The position numbers and the translations under genes are program-made. The notes under the pieces were generated by a model, which worked only from the letters and a program-made list of their open reading frames with translations, was not told the origin of the DNA and did no database searches. This document shows, piece after piece, positions 37,120 to 46,106 of a DNA stretch of 64,000 bases (positions are counted from its first letter, which is position 1; the number at the start of each line of letters is the position of its first letter). The stretch is from Candidatus Poribacteria bacterium (GTDB taxonomy: Bacteria > Poribacteria > WGA-4E > WGA-3G), in contig OZ242029.1 of assembly GCA_965205015.1 (NCBI GenBank), forward strand, positions 3,968,001 through 4,032,000, written 5' to 3'.

Positions 37120-38424
37120 TTAAAATATTCGAGCGATGAGAAGCATGTCCACATTCAAATTTGTCCCATCTTCAGAATTGCGACCCCGTGCACCTGGACG
37201 CGCGCTTGTTTGCTTGTCGGCGGAGATCCGCAAATCTCGCACCGTGAGCCATTTGGCGCCAGTTTCGATGAGATGGTTCAAGTTAACAAGTTTCTCAAGA
37301 TTCGTTTTGAATTTCATTTCAACTGTGTAGTGTTCTATTTGATATGTCAGTGGTGCCAGCGCGAGGTGCCCTAAAAGTGTTGCGCGCTGTTCCTGAATCT
37401 CCTCAATGTATTTAGCAAGCGCATGTTGGCGTTCCCCTATATCTACGGGATCTTCTGATTGCGCGAGAATATCCAAAAAGACACTATTCCGCTGCAATTG
37501 GATGTCAACGGTAGCCGGCTTTGCACCGATACCGAAAATACCTGGCGTAGCGGCGGTTTTGACGCTGTGGAGTTGTGTCTCAAAGAAATCCTGCCTCGAA
37601 TCCGTCGCCCCTCGAAGCTGCTGTATTATCATGTTTTTGATAAATGCTGCAAGTTCGACTCGGACAGGGACGGGGATTGCCTCTGGCAGTGAAGAAAATC
37701 TCCACTGCGCCGCGGCATCCATTGAATGAGGCGGCTTTGCCTTATCCGTGCGTTCTGTTTCCTGTGTTGTTGATTCTGTTTCAGACATTTTACCGTCTAT
37801 TTCGCTGGGGGCAGGCACAGGCTCCGCCCCGACTTTATCTGTTTCGGATTCCGTTCCCGATAACCACGCATCCATTAGTATGTTGAAGGTATCCTCTTCT
37901 GCTTGCTGCTCCGCTACCTCAGCCAGCTCCATTTCTTCCGTCTCTATATGTTTAAGATAGAGATAGAGAACAAGGTTGCCTCGGTTCTGTACTGTCAGTT
38001 TCTGTGTTTGTTTAGCGGTTCCGGGTTTCGTGAGGAGCTGATAATTCTGTTGAATACCGGCGCGTCTCACGAGTCCATCAATTCGAGATCTAATAACGGT
38101 TTCGGGCAGCTCAGTATCAAAAATTGTAGGGGCGGGTTTTGTGCCTGCCCGTGCACGTTGCGAGTTCGTAGAGACTTGCGGATTCTCAGTGAGTGCCAAG
38201 CCAGTCTCTTTGTACATCTCGGCTTCAATGGGCTTAAGTATTTCTGCGGCATGTACCAAATTTTGGGTCTGCAACAACTGTTCTCGTTTCGCTTTTGTGT
38301 CTTGATTCACAAACAAACGATAAAAGACGGGACCTACCTGCATGGCGAGCAAAATTAAAAGCAGTCCACCCAAGATACCAAGTAAGATTCGGCTTCGCGG
38401 TGTTAATTGGAGATCCAGTTCCAT
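37120..38424 (-). CDS. T2SS GspM/PilO-like inner membrane platform protein, enlarged
   Basis: LTPRSRILL plus TM N-terminus; C-terminal LVNLNHLIE..WLTVRDLRI; position between gspL and gspD. Confidence 0.6.
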   Translation of the reverse strand: MELDLQLTPRSRILLGILGGLLLILLAMQVGPVFYRLFVNQDTKAKREQLLQTQNLVHAAEILKPIEAEMYKETGLALTENPQVSTNSQRARAGTKPAPTIFDTELPETVIRSRIDGLVRRAGIQQNYQLLTKPGTAKQTQKLTVQNRGNLVLYLYLKHIETEEMELAEVAEQQAEEDTFNILMDAWLSGTESETDKVGAEPVPAPSEIDGKMSETESTTQETERTDKAKPPHSMDAAAQWRFSSLPEAIPVPVRVELAAFIKNMIIQQLRGATDSRQDFFETQLHSVKTAATPGIFGIGAKPATVDIQLQRNSVFLDILAQSEDPVDIGERQHALAKYIEEIQEQRATLLGHLALAPLTYQIEHYTVEMKFKTNLEKLVNLNHLIETGAKWLTVRDLRISADKQTSARPGARGRNSEDGTNLNVDMLLIARIF

Positions 38425-38431
38425 TTTTTAA

Positions 38432-40165
38432 TTATTCCTTATAAGGTTCCATATTTTCTGCTTCATCAATTGGCGGTGCGGGCAATGGAAAGCGTTTTTT
38501 GGCGAATGCCTTCACAGCGGATGCCGTTAGATTACACCTGACCTGTACTTGGAAAATCTGTTTTCTATCTTGAGAAATCGTTGTCACCTCACCCGGACGG
38601 ACATTGGTAAACACGCCAGAACGATCAAGGGCGCGTAAGAGCGTATTGATGGCGTTATGAGAGGCACTTTCCAAATTGAACGTAATACGCGCTGTTGTTG
38701 GTTCATGAAGGTTCGTAATATTAAAATTAGTCCATGCCACCTGTGTCCTATCGCCAAACATGTCACTAAGGGCATGCAAAATATCAAGCGGCGAGGTATG
38801 ATGCGCTAACATATCGGTGAGTGCTAACTCTTTCCCAAGTTGTACTTTCGCTGCAGACATGGGGTGTGCGTAATACGCGAGTTGCGCTTCTACGGCTTCG
38901 TTTCTATAGTGTTGCGAGCGTTGAAGCATGTAGCCCCCAAAAAGAATCCCACCGATCATCAAAACGCCTAACCCAGCGGCAGCAAAAAGTTGACGCTGCC
39001 GTGTGGTTTGCGTAAGGGTCTCAACCGCTTCCTTTGGCAACAGAGATATCGAGGTTGTTGACTTCAACGCATTGAGACCTACACCTAAAGGGACAGCAAA
39101 GGTATCGCCCCACGCATCAAGTGTCGCTTCTACTTCAGGAGACGAAGGGCGGATGTCAATACCAGCGTGTTGCTGAACGGCATGAATCGGATGCCACAGT
39201 TGTGTTGAAATGTCGAGTTCTGTTTCACAAGTGGATGCGAGGTCGGGGACACGCGCACCGCCACCACATAACCAGAGTTCAGTTTCTGTCTCTGACAGGA
39301 CGATATCCTGATAACCGTCGGTATTTACTTCCGCGGTGGCAGCAGTGATAGAACGTCGGAGTTCACCGATAAATTGAGTCGTCCAAGTATATGTAGGCAT
39401 TTCGCCTGCTGCGATATGCCGCTTTTCCTCCGCTGCCGTTTCAATATCTATATTCAAGGTACGACACAGATGTTCAGAGAGATGGTTACCGCCGAGACGG
39501 AAACTCCGTGAAAACCTGAGTTTCCCATCCTGCATGAAACAGAAGTCTGTGTGTTCGGCACCGATGTCAACAATAAACGTAGGTTTTGTGCATCCGCTGC
39601 CTGCTGCGGCCTCCGCTATGGCTATCATTGAGGGTGTAACTGCCGAGACGGAAACGCCGATCTGCTCGAGGAGATCCAAGTAGTTTGAAACTGACGTTCG
39701 CCGTGTGGATATCAATTCTACAGAAGAGGTCTCAGATGTCTGTTGTACATCGTGATACGTAAAGATAGCTTCCTCAACTCGAAAAGGGAGTTCGGCTTCC
39801 GCAGCGATTGCGACGATACTTGCGAGTTGTTCATCCGTTGCAGCCGGTAAATTGGATAAGCGTTTGGTATTCACTAAGGATCGGGGAAGGGCGAGAGCGA
39901 CTTCGGTCTTATTTCGGTTGAACATTGTCCTGAAAGCCTCTATAGGAGACCTGCGCCAGCGGATACCACCCTCCACCGGTAGATGCCCTGAAGCGTCCCA
40001 GAGATGTTTCAGCGATTCAGATACCTGCAGCCGGTCATCCTTGTCTGGATACGTCACGACGCTGGCATCGGTAAGATGCACCGTTGTAGAAAAAGACTGT
40101 TCAAGTTGAACGATTTTCGCTGTGTTTGTGCCGAGGTCTATCGCTACGACTCGATGTGTTGCCAT
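38432..40165 (-). CDS. T2SS GspL-like protein (PilM actin-like ATPase domain fused to TM and PilN-like domain)
   Basis: VAIDLGTNTAK, ELPF, IVDIGAEHT, LGGNHL, LCGGGARVP, then TM and periplasmic domain. Confidence 0.8.
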   Translation of the reverse strand: MATHRVVAIDLGTNTAKIVQLEQSFSTTVHLTDASVVTYPDKDDRLQVSESLKHLWDASGHLPVEGGIRWRRSPIEAFRTMFNRNKTEVALALPRSLVNTKRLSNLPAATDEQLASIVAIAAEAELPFRVEEAIFTYHDVQQTSETSSVELISTRRTSVSNYLDLLEQIGVSVSAVTPSMIAIAEAAAGSGCTKPTFIVDIGAEHTDFCFMQDGKLRFSRSFRLGGNHLSEHLCRTLNIDIETAAEEKRHIAAGEMPTYTWTTQFIGELRRSITAATAEVNTDGYQDIVLSETETELWLCGGGARVPDLASTCETELDISTQLWHPIHAVQQHAGIDIRPSSPEVEATLDAWGDTFAVPLGVGLNALKSTTSISLLPKEAVETLTQTTRQRQLFAAAGLGVLMIGGILFGGYMLQRSQHYRNEAVEAQLAYYAHPMSAAKVQLGKELALTDMLAHHTSPLDILHALSDMFGDRTQVAWTNFNITNLHEPTTARITFNLESASHNAINTLLRALDRSGVFTNVRPGEVTTISQDRKQIFQVQVRCNLTASAVKAFAKKRFPLPAPPIDEAENMEPYKE

Positions 40166-40170
40166 TCTTT

Positions 40171-40295
40171 TATCAGCAGTCAGCAATCAGCGGTCGGCAA
40201 TCAGTAGGAAACATCTAAGCAAAACACTCTATTTTGTCAGAAACCTCTTTACTAAAGGTTTCCGATGGTCTCCGATGGTTCCGATAGCCATTCTT
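40171..40295. repeat. Intergenic repeat element (CAGCAGT heptamers plus TCCGATGG repeats)
   Basis: 40242-40280 is 30/39 identical to the reverse complement of 42811-42849. Confidence 0.65.
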
Positions 40296-40311
40296 GCTGA
40301 AAGCCACTCCT

Positions 40312-41871
40312 TCAGTCCTGTTGCCAATATTGTACAATTATTTGGTTGCCTGTCCGATCAATGATGCCGATACAGGTCGAAACAACCTTTCCAGCAACAT
40401 CAACACCCTTTGCTTCAATACGATACCCGTGCGAACGGTAGGTAATCCCATCAACAACTTCGCGAAACGTTCCAAAATCAATCCCCTCTACTTGGGACAC
40501 TTGTGAGATATTCGTGAATGGATTTCCTTTGATCTCATCTTCAGTAAGACCCTGTACCTGCGGGGCATCGGATACATCCTCTTCACGGCGTTCGACGATC
40601 GCTTGTGCCTTTTGTGGGTCCATCCCCGGTAGCAGGGCTAATATCTCAGGCGGTGCTGTGTTTATATTAATGAGTCCTTGGCGCGTCTCTCCATCTTTTA
40701 GGGTTATTTTATCAACAATGCTGATGAATTCCTGCTGCGTCAACATCTTTACCTCTTTGATTGCATCGATGTTCTGGAAAAGGCCTTGTCCCTCACGATG
40801 GCTGATAATGCGTTCGGCAATACCTTGGTCAATCCCGTCTAAGGACTCCAAAGTTTCGACATCGGCGGTATTGATATTAACTTTCCCACCCTCATCGCTG
40901 GCTGCCGGCTGTTGATTGCCGGTTTCCGTCAGTAAAGGGGTTTCTGATGAAGTTTCACCCTGTTCCTGATTGCTGGTCGCTGACTGCTGATTGCTATCTT
41001 CAGTCGTCAATTGGTCTCGGATATTGTTGAAAAGGTCATCGGAAACCGCTTGGACATCCAATAGTGCGGCAAATTTGTCAAAATCACGTTGCTGGATGAG
41101 CGATTCCGCCTCAGCTTGCGTGAACACAGGTTGATTTTGCTGTGCAGTAACTTTCGTCAACGCCTCTGCATCCGCTGTATTGACGTTGACGAGCGGTTCT
41201 CCACCCGGATCGGTGCTGGCGTCAACGGAATAAATGGTAGTTAAACCAACAAGTCCGGGAATAGCCGTCAGTTCCTGTTGCTGAAGATTATTCGTTTGCG
41301 AGAATGTTCCTGTGTTCGTGATACTTGATGATGACTGATCGCCGTAAAGAAGTTCGGAGGTCATGCCTTCAACCCGAGCGAGATCTCTAACGGTGCGATA
41401 CGGGCGTCCTTCCACAATTTCGTTAGCAAGAACTTCGGTGCTTGCATCATCTGGGGGAGCGCCTGCCTGTGCGAGCAAGTTGCTGACAAGTCCTACGTCG
41501 GCGGTGTTAATATTAACTTTAGATGCCTCATCTACAACTGTCACTTGATAGTTTAAGAAATTGCCAACCTGAATGCCATCCGCAACCTGCCCTTGGATCG
41601 GTTCAGCCCAAGTTTCGCCGAGTGAGTCAAAAGGGGTTTGGTCACCACGCATAACGGCGAGGGTCCACTCGAAGCCTGCTCTTGCAGCGTAGTGAAACTT
41701 CGATCTGTCCAAGAAATTCCGTTGGGTTCGCTGCTCTATGTGGATTGAATAGAGCAACTGCGCCGCAAGAATGGACAGAATCGTTAGTATCCAGAGCGTT
41801 GAGACGAGAGATAGACCGCTCTGTTCCTTGTAGAATGCGCAGGCGTTCGGTTTTGTGAACCGCATCATCAA
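40312..41871 (-). CDS. gspK: Minor pseudopilin GspK with multiple helix-hairpin-helix (ComEA-like) repeats
   Basis: QSG|LSLVSTLWIL (no E5), DSLGETWA, DEASKVNINTA; four NxNTA repeats. Confidence 0.85.
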   Translation of the reverse strand: MMMRFTKPNACAFYKEQSGLSLVSTLWILTILSILAAQLLYSIHIEQRTQRNFLDRSKFHYAARAGFEWTLAVMRGDQTPFDSLGETWAEPIQGQVADGIQVGNFLNYQVTVVDEASKVNINTADVGLVSNLLAQAGAPPDDASTEVLANEIVEGRPYRTVRDLARVEGMTSELLYGDQSSSSITNTGTFSQTNNLQQQELTAIPGLVGLTTIYSVDASTDPGGEPLVNVNTADAEALTKVTAQQNQPVFTQAEAESLIQQRDFDKFAALLDVQAVSDDLFNNIRDQLTTEDSNQQSATSNQEQGETSSETPLLTETGNQQPAASDEGGKVNINTADVETLESLDGIDQGIAERIISHREGQGLFQNIDAIKEVKMLTQQEFISIVDKITLKDGETRQGLININTAPPEILALLPGMDPQKAQAIVERREEDVSDAPQVQGLTEDEIKGNPFTNISQVSQVEGIDFGTFREVVDGITYRSHGYRIEAKGVDVAGKVVSTCIGIIDRTGNQIIVQYWQQD

Positions 41872-41880
41872 TAAAATCTC

Positions 41881-42891
41881 CTAAGGTCCACCTGCAGTGA
41901 CACTCGCAGGAAGATACACCATCGTCGCTTGCGTCATACCCCTTGATTGGACTGTCGGTGGACTCTGCGTTGTGGCTTGCGCTACATCAATATTCACAGG
42001 TACCCGCGTTTCGCCTTGAACGGTTATGCGAATTTGTACAGCACTTGGAACACTTTCAGCATCGTTCCATGAGGTGCGCCATGCTTCCGCTTCTCCATCG
42101 AAATACTGGAGATCAAAGCTGGCAAGCCCGGCAACAAGTGTTGCGATATTGACATAAATTGGCTCACCATTTTCATCTGTCTCTGGAACCTCACCCGTCT
42201 GTAAGAGCGCACGGATAACAACTTCAGGGTCGAGTGCTGTCGTTGTAACCCGAAAGAGAGCGAACTCACCGCTCTGGGCATCTTCAACAGGGTCTGAACC
42301 CTGTAGGGGTGATATCTCTGTAGCGGATTCGCCGGGTAATGGTTCGGATCCAACAAAATAAGCCACACGCTGCACATCACTTAAAAGTGGCACAGGCGTT
42401 TGCGAGGCGTTCTGAGATTGGAAACTTGCAAGTTGCGCCAAGAACGGATCTGGATCCGTCTTAACGAGCGTGACAAAGCTGAGCATGTCCCTATCGCCTA
42501 ATTGGCTGGGACCATCTTGCGTATAGAAAGCGAGTACTGGATCCTCCAGTGAAATTTGCATGTTGCTGAGGTCCGTCACAATCCGATCCATCGCGACCCG
42601 ACATCTCTGGGCAGCCAATATTTTCCCCTCTGTCCGATGGTAAGCGTCAACGGCTGTTTTGAAAGCAAAATACGCCGAACCGCCGATGATAACGAGGATA
42701 CTGACTGCCATGAGCATCTCAACGAGTGTCAGTCCACTTTCGGTGTATTGACTCAAACCCGCCACTCGTGCTTTGCAGTCTTGTATCGGAGTCGAGTTGG
42801 GGGTTCGGGAAACCGTCGGAAACCGTTGGAACCCCTCAGCAAAGAGATTCTCTGGCTGACTGCTATTAACGCAGGTTTCTTGGGTTTTCAT
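41881..42891 (-). CDS. gspJ: Minor pseudopilin GspJ-like with long leader
   Basis: ESG|LTLVEMLMAV; FDLQYFDG..W..PSAVQIRI; start uncertain (42891 ATG or 42930 GTG). Confidence 0.8.
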   Translation of the reverse strand: MKTQETCVNSSQPENLFAEGFQRFPTVSRTPNSTPIQDCKARVAGLSQYTESGLTLVEMLMAVSILVIIGGSAYFAFKTAVDAYHRTEGKILAAQRCRVAMDRIVTDLSNMQISLEDPVLAFYTQDGPSQLGDRDMLSFVTLVKTDPDPFLAQLASFQSQNASQTPVPLLSDVQRVAYFVGSEPLPGESATEISPLQGSDPVEDAQSGEFALFRVTTTALDPEVVIRALLQTGEVPETDENGEPIYVNIATLVAGLASFDLQYFDGEAEAWRTSWNDAESVPSAVQIRITVQGETRVPVNIDVAQATTQSPPTVQSRGMTQATMVYLPASVTAGGP

Positions 42892-42919
42892 GATTTCTGA
42901 TGCCTTCGTAGAAATATTA

Positions 42920-43369
42920 TCAACCGCCACCCTGCTGCGCTTGTTGTGGCATTTGCCGATCAGCGATATAGGTGCTCATAGACAGTGAACGTTCTCTGTT
43001 TCTATGTATCCATGTGACGGTTACTTGAACCCGACGAATGTTTTCAACCTCTTCAGAATCTACGTCCTCAACGACGGAACGCCAACGATAGCGTGTATTT
43101 TCACCGAACTCGTCAGATTCTTCACCAACATCTGGATACCCCTCCATCTCAATCTCCGCCATCCGATATTTGAGCAGATAGAGTGCGGTCGTACTGTTGT
43201 CTGAAAGTCCTTGGTTCCGCGCAGCGATAGCAAACGCTTGTAACAAGGCTGGCAGGACAGCCGCCAAAATCGCCAACGTCACAAGAACCTCAACGAGGGT
43301 AAAACCGTCTTTTTCTTCTGGTGCTGGGCGCGTTTTTTTTGTGATTCGCAAGGCGTTAAATCCCGTCAT
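42920..43369 (-). CDS. gspI: Minor pseudopilin GspI-like
   Basis: DG|FTLVEVLVTLAIL; YRWRSVV..RRVQVTVTW. Confidence 0.82.
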   Translation of the reverse strand: MTGFNALRITKKTRPAPEEKDGFTLVEVLVTLAILAAVLPALLQAFAIAARNQGLSDNSTTALYLLKYRMAEIEMEGYPDVGEESDEFGENTRYRWRSVVEDVDSEEVENIRRVQVTVTWIHRNRERSLSMSTYIADRQMPQQAQQGGG

Positions 43370-43386
43370 AACTCTGAAAGGTAAAA

Positions 43387-44169
43387 TTAAAAGGAGTCGG
43401 CGGTTTCAAAGCCCAACATCTCGATCTCCTGAGATGTGAGTTGTCGCACACGGACCCGTCCGCTCGCCGCCTCAACAGTGACAGACATTATCTGGTTCCG
43501 CGTGTTCCTGAGATATACGAAAGCATCCTCGGAGGTAGAAGTCGGCGAGAAATAGATGTACGCCACGCCAGAATCAACCTGAACAGTCCTACCGTTGTGG
43601 TTGGTTACCATCGTGGCTAATGTTACATGCTGTTCCATGGAATAGGGTACTCCCAAGATACCGCTGGATCGTGCCAAAGGTACCTGTGAAGCGGAGGTTC
43701 CCGCCGTCGGAAGGGTTTGTAACCCCGAATTCCTGTTTATATTATTCTGTGCAGCCGCTACAGCCGTAGAATTTTGAGCCGTCAGTGTTGACGTAAGCGG
43801 ATTACTTGGGTCAAACGTTTCGCTGGAGGCAAGCCAGTATCGATTGTTGTCAAAATCAAAAACAACGAGATGTGTCGTTTGATCCGTGACTGCCATATCT
43901 CGGGCAAACGTGAGAAGACTGCGGAGTGTATAAGCAGAAGCTTTTAAACGGCGCGTTGTCACGAACCCTTTCAGTGCCGGCATAGAGATTGCTGACAGTA
44001 TACCGATGAGGGTCAAGACGATGAGCAACTCCGTAACTGTGAATGCCGAAGTCCCCGTAGCGACTGGTGGTGGAAGACTGGAAGGCTGGAAGATTGAGCG
44101 GGAGACATTTCTTTCCGCCTTCCCGCCTTCCCGCCTTCCCGCCTTCCCTCTTTCGGTCGGGCGTAACAT
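43387..44169 (-). CDS. gspH: Minor pseudopilin GspH/FimT-like with long leader
   Basis: SA|FTVTELLIVLTLIGIL; ARDMAV; IYFSP; SGRVRV; ATG 4 nt after the gspG stop. Confidence 0.8.
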   Translation of the reverse strand: MLRPTERGKAGRREGGKAERNVSRSIFQPSSLPPPVATGTSAFTVTELLIVLTLIGILSAISMPALKGFVTTRRLKASAYTLRSLLTFARDMAVTDQTTHLVVFDFDNNRYWLASSETFDPSNPLTSTLTAQNSTAVAAAQNNINRNSGLQTLPTAGTSASQVPLARSSGILGVPYSMEQHVTLATMVTNHNGRTVQVDSGVAYIYFSPTSTSEDAFVYLRNTRNQIMSVTVEAASGRVRVRQLTSQEIEMLGFETADSF

Positions 44170-44173
44170 CGTT

Positions 44174-44629
44174 TTAGTAGGCTCCGGTGGTTTCATCAAC
44201 CCAATTGGTAATGTCTGTGTCCAGGTCAGTGCCGCCTACCTTCCCATCCTTACCCATCGAATAGAGGTCGTAGTCGTATCCGTAGTGGGTACTGGGCTGG
44301 CGATAGACGTATGGGTTATTCCATGGATCCACGAAATTGGGACTGTCAATATAGGGACCATCCCAATTGGCGGGGGCAGGGCTCGGTACCCGCCATAAGG
44401 CGCTTAACCCTTGTTCGGTTGTAGGGTATTCACCCGTTGCGATCGCATACTGTTCCAACGCCGTTTTTATGCCGTTAATTTCTGTTTGTGCCTTCGCGAC
44501 TTTTGCTTGCTGCGGGGCGTTGATAACGCGCGGCGCGATGAAGGCAGCCAAAATCCCTAAAATGACGATCACAATCGTCAATTCAATGAGTGTTAAACCC
44601 GACTGATCAGATTTCAGTTGCGCGTACAT
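44174..44629 (-). CDS. gspG: Major pseudopilin GspG
   Basis: SG|LTLIEL, YPTTEQGLSAL, NWDGPY, DPWNNPYVY, YDLYSMGKDG..GG..DITNW. Confidence 0.96.
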   Translation of the reverse strand: MYAQLKSDQSGLTLIELTIVIVILGILAAFIAPRVINAPQQAKVAKAQTEINGIKTALEQYAIATGEYPTTEQGLSALWRVPSPAPANWDGPYIDSPNFVDPWNNPYVYRQPSTHYGYDYDLYSMGKDGKVGGTDLDTDITNWVDETTGAY

Positions 44630-44650
44630 TTTATTTTTCTCCATTTTAGA

Positions 44651-44839
44651 GTTGTCTGTTGTCAGTTTTCAGTGAAGAGGGTTTCTCGTAACAATCTCCC
44701 AAAGTGTTCTAAAGTTATAGAGTCTGTACAGTTGTAAGAGTCATTCGGACGTTCCAAACATCTCTTTCAACTTCCGAACTTCCCAACTTTAGCACACTCT
44801 CAAACTTTTTGCCCTCTTGTAACTGATAACTAAGAACTG
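44651..44839. mobile_element. MITE-like element (~190 bp) with imperfect heptamer-rich terminal inverted repeats
   Basis: Left GTTGTCAGTTTTCAGTGAAGAGGG; right CCCTCTTGTAACTGATAACTAAGAACTG; non-coding. Confidence 0.55.
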
Positions 44840-46066
44840 TTAACCGCTTAATAATTGGTTTGCCTCAAAGATCGGGAGGATCATCGCAACAGCGATAAAC
44901 CCGATAACAAGTCCCATGAGTAAAATGACAAGCGGACCGATGGAACTTGTTAGACGTTCAAGGCTCTTTTTTATTTCTAAATCGTAATATTCAGAGAGTT
45001 TGCTCAGCATGTGGACAGGTTCACCAGATTCCTCGCCAACCGCTACCATGTGGGTGACGAATTCAGGAAAATCCTTGCTTCTACTCAGCTCACGTGCGAG
45101 CGAGGACCCCTGCTCAACTTCCGTTTCTGCTGCGGCGACGACATTACTGTATACCTTATTCCCGATAGTGTCCTTGACGACTTGGAGAGCCGGCAGCATA
45201 CGCACACCATTTTCTAAAAGTGTTGCCATCGTTCGAGTGAAGCGAACAATGGCAAAGGTGCTAAATATGGGGCCGATAAGAGGTAATTTGAGTTTTAGGC
45301 GGTCAAACCAAACTTGACCGGTTTCATGACGGAGATATTGGTTCAAACCTGCTACGCCGACAATGACCGCGAGAAGCCCGAGCCACCAATAGGTTTGAAA
45401 GGCATCGGTCGTCCCAATGAGAATTCGCGTCGGCAGCGGCAATTCGACACCGAGATCGTTGAACATCGCGGTAAATTTCGGTATGACAAGAATCATGAGT
45501 ACTGCAACAGCGGAGACACTCAGTGTTAACAGGATAACTGGATAGAAGAGTGCTGAGATGACATCGTTTTTGAGGAGTCTCTGCCGTTCTGCGAATTCCG
45601 CGAGCCGTTCTAAGACTATGCCAAGGACACCACCACTCTCGCCGGCTCTTACCATGTTGACATAAAGATCAGAAAACACCTTCGGGTGCTGCGTGAGAGC
45701 GTCGTGGAAAGTCGCGCCGTGTTCCACATCGTACTTGACTTGGGAAACAATACGATGAAGTGCAGGATTTTGGATTTGACCGAGTGTAACCTCCAGTGCG
45801 CGTGGCAGCGGGACATGCGCGTTCACCAACGTTGCTAATTGGTACGTAAAGAACTCAACATCCGCTGCCTTGACTCCACGCCCACCGATCTTAAACCAAC
45901 GACGGACATCCGCCGGTGCTGCCTCCTCCGTTTCTTCAACAATGTCTGTGGGCCAATAGCCCATCTGCCGTAAACGAGAAATAAGCTCGGCTTTGGAGTC
46001 AGCTTCTATTGTATTCGTAACGGTACCACCGCCATGGGTGAGTGCTTCATATCGGAATACTGGCAC
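44840..46066 (-). CDS. gspF: T2SS inner membrane protein GspF
   Basis: QLATLVNA, YVNMVRAGESGG, ALFYP, AVGEESG, AMILPIF; GTG start with GGAGAGG RBS. Confidence 0.95.
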   Translation of the reverse strand: MPVFRYEALTHGGGTVTNTIEADSKAELISRLRQMGYWPTDIVEETEEAAPADVRRWFKIGGRGVKAADVEFFTYQLATLVNAHVPLPRALEVTLGQIQNPALHRIVSQVKYDVEHGATFHDALTQHPKVFSDLYVNMVRAGESGGVLGIVLERLAEFAERQRLLKNDVISALFYPVILLTLSVSAVAVLMILVIPKFTAMFNDLGVELPLPTRILIGTTDAFQTYWWLGLLAVIVGVAGLNQYLRHETGQVWFDRLKLKLPLIGPIFSTFAIVRFTRTMATLLENGVRMLPALQVVKDTIGNKVYSNVVAAAETEVEQGSSLARELSRSKDFPEFVTHMVAVGEESGEPVHMLSKLSEYYDLEIKKSLERLTSSIGPLVILLMGLVIGFIAVAMILPIFEANQLLSG

Positions 46067-46106
46067 AATCAACCTCTCCGTCAGAATTCAGGGATACGGG
46101 GATATA

